DNA from: Squalus acanthias
Lineage: Eukaryota
Reading direction: 5' to 3'
DNA length: 64,000 nt
NCBI GenBank assembly: GCA_030390025.1
Contig: CM059431.1
Span: 132,868,001 to 132,932,000, forward strand
Below are positions 61,557 through 64,000 of the stretch, piece by piece; positions within the stretch are counted from its first letter, which is position 1; every line of letters begins with the position of its first letter. The notes below the pieces were generated by a model. That model ran no database searches. It was given only the letters and a program-made list of their open reading frames with translations, and was not told the origin of the DNA. The translations under genes were made by a program, and so were the position numbers.

Positions 61557-64000
61557 GGGTAAGCGTTCTCCAAGGCAACCTTAGAAACACACGACAACGC
61601 AAAATCATCGAGCAGAAACTGATAGCCAAGTTCCGCACTCATGAAGACGGTCTCAATCGGGATCTTGGGTTTATGTCACGATACATGACGTGATCCGGAC
61701 TCGAGTCGTCGTTAGCTTGTTCACAGATGTGATTCCCAGTAAAAAAGTAAAAATTTTCCCAGTAAAAAAGTAAAAATTTTAAAGCTTTTCGTTTTACATA
61801 CAGACGGCAGCTTTTGACACGTTAGAACCCCTGTGATTACACCTCTCAATGTAGTCAGCAACAGCTTCTGCCTGAGGAAAGTGATCAGCTGTGAGGTCGG
61901 AGCTTTTATAATACATTTGATGCTGTCAAGTAATCAGCTGGAGCAATGGCCACTCAACTCCTGCCTCAGGTTGACAAATGTGTTCCCGAGCTGCATGAAT
62001 CCCGTGGCTATGCAGGGAAATTTGAAATGTAGGGGAAAAAAGGCTGTTAAGTGTCTGGCAACAAGCTTATAATGATTTGAATTAGGTTGCCCACCCCAGC
62101 CGGTTGGGACAAATGCGTCCGAGGGAAAGGCACGTGGGGGTGGAATGACGGCGGGTTCCTAACCCGCTCCGACTTTTTTCAAATTTCTCACCCTATCCGC
62201 CTCTGATTGTGCCCGCACGGACCCCAGAAAATTCCGGCCAATGATTCTATGATTCTAAGCATGCACCTCTTGCTTTCCTGCCCTCCCCTCACCACAACCC
62301 TACCCTTGTACCTTCCTCATTTTAGACACCCAAGATATCCAGCCTGCCCAGCCAGTGGTTGACTAAGAAGAGGGAGAGGAGAACGAAGAAGAAGAAGAAG
62401 AAACACCATCACTCGGCTTCACACCCCCAGTCACCAATTCCTCGAGGTCGCCCTGCAAGGCCATCTGCAGTGCCCTCCCACTGAAAGTCAGCAGCCTTCC
62501 ACCAGCCATGCTGCAGCCACTGGGGTAGACAAAGGCAGAAGCAAGGCAGTCACTAAGGGAATGCACAAGGGTGATGAGTTGATTTCTTGATGTCCTATTG
62601 AATGCATATATGGATAAAGTTGGATTGCAAAGTTTGCTTAGTGGTGCTTTTTATTTCAGCATTGTGGCCAAGAAGATGCTGTGATGGTCAGTAACAGAGG
62701 TGTGGGACAAATGTTGTAAGGGGAATTGGGGTTGTAGTCACTGGTACCACAGGCGGATGATTTGATCCCAGATATCCTGGCCAGAAAGGGGCTGTCTGGG
62801 TTGCCTCCTTCCTTCCGCTTCCTCCTCTTCTGCTTCCTCCTCTTCTGCTTCTTCCTCTTCCCTCTGCAAGCAGCTTGTCCCCTCTGCTGCCTCTGCTTCA
62901 GCTCCATGTGATGTTGCAGCCTAAGGGGGACTGCAACTCGAGCCCCCAGGACACAGTGTAACAGTGGGGCCCCCTTGTGATATGAACTTGATGTGGTGTC
63001 ATTTAAATGTGCCCCCCACATGCACATCTCCAATCTTGTGGAAAGCAGACCATGAAAACACTTCGTGAGATAAGCTAGTTATGCAGTTTTATTTATAGAC
63101 AACAAGTGAACATTCAGAGGAACAGTTATGATCGGATTTACTTAGTTCAATCAGTGCAACATATCCTTGTGTAATAATGCAAAACAATGAACACGCTATG
63201 CTTCCCTACATCAGTTTGCTGTCTTGCATGACTCTCTTGCATCCTAATCTTCTGATTCTGGGTGAATACACGTGCTGTTTTAAAAAATACTTAAATGTAA
63301 CTCTTTTTCCAAATACTTTCTGTGGATAATTTGTTTTCAAAAGTCCTGAAACATGACAGCAAGGAAGTGCAACAAAGAACAAAGAACAAAAAAGATGTAA
63401 AAAAACACAACATAGCATAGATGCATAATTAAATGCTGGGTGTAATAGGGTGAAAGAGTAAAAGAAATGTAGAATAATGTAACAATGGGAATTTCTGGAT
63501 GTGCTGAAGGCTGTAATGTGATCTATTGTTTGTATTTTTTCTAGTGTGAGGTATCATCTTTATGAGCTGTGAAAATATCAACAGTAAAATGTTACAGAAT
63601 AAAATGTTACGCAGATTTCTCTAGTTTACCCAGGGCTCTGCACAAGGTGCGTGTTTGACGGTTCTGCAACATTTCACAAATCTTTTAAATGCTGAAAATG
63701 AGATATATGTCTAAGGTATTGAAAAAAGAGTCAGCGCTGTACCACATTTGTCAGGGTCAAATCTCAGATGATTAATCTCTTTTCTAATATCTGTATGAGA
63801 GATAAATGGGTGCCATATTTATGAGAAATTGTCCCTAGCTTCAAGAAACAACACATTAAGCTTTCTTTTTGTTAAAAGAGGCAAAAATACTGTTGTCAAA
63901 GGCAGTATCTTTAATATGTTTATGCTGGTAAAAAGATTAACTACCTTAACAATAATTTACATATCCCTAACTGCTTGATCTTCTACCCCCATGTTTTGAC

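Larger units (their letters stand above)
60821..61846 (-). mobile_element. Penelope-like element (GIY-YIG endonuclease C-terminus plus terminal region) with inverted duplication
   Basis: Flanked by CAAT(A/G)TAGTCAGCA (60807-60820, 61847-61860); inverted arms at 61129-61417 and 61557-61845; hammerhead at 60909-60950. Confidence 0.92.
58066..62239 (+). mobile_element. Harbinger (F) with a decayed three-exon Myb/SANT gene and deleted transposase
   Basis: 15-bp TIR GGCC(A/G)GAATTTTCTG, flanks TAT/AAT. Exons at ~58360-58584, 58931-59089 and 59231-60195 with stops and frameshifts; transposase N-terminus MGAVYTVSPWSSE at 60693 (-). Confidence 0.9.
56850..63030 (+). mobile_element. Degraded Harbinger (G, different subfamily), outer shell of a nest
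   Basis: Myb exon 1 at 57248-57469 (WDQIAEAI...RTWLQCPKKIHDL), exon 2 remnant LEETVLAILGR, acidic exon 3 remnant after TTTTAG at ~62325. TIRs not identified and ends approximate. Confidence 0.6.

Noticed and set aside
61490..61693. Separate plus-strand gene
   Set aside because: It is the inverted duplicate of the Penelope endonuclease C-terminus.
1..64000. Prokaryotic systems (CRISPR array, retron, group II intron)
   Set aside because: No regularly spaced repeat-spacer array; all RT fragments carry eukaryotic non-LTR signatures in a vertebrate locus.

Overview
Vertebrate genomic DNA, most likely from a cartilaginous fish (inferred from the CR1/HER1-type LINEs, L2 ends and SacSINE1-like Deu-SINE). 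The only host gene is a single-exon SoxB2 gene, sox21 (+, 13213-13938, 241 aa), set in a repeat-poor zone (~6.5-21 kb). The rest is a dense, often nested transposon landscape: CR1 LINEs, a second LINE family, L2 ends, SINEs, a Tc1/mariner MITE, and many PIF/Harbinger elements with 3-bp TSDs. One Harbinger carries an apparently intact three-exon Myb/SANT-like gene (436 aa) convergent with a core-deleted HARBI1-like transposase. A Penelope-like insertion has a GIY-YIG endonuclease tail and a 289-bp inverted duplication. The most notable signal is absent from the ORF track: minimal type-I hammerhead ribozyme motifs (CUGANGA-stem II-GAAA-palindrome-UH). They occur in the Penelope end and in a ~100-330 bp dispersed repeat. 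Four copies of that repeat have 10-13 bp TSDs, and three of them begin at the start of the ribozyme core. All calls were made by eye without database searches; boundaries lacking a TIR or TSD are approximate.
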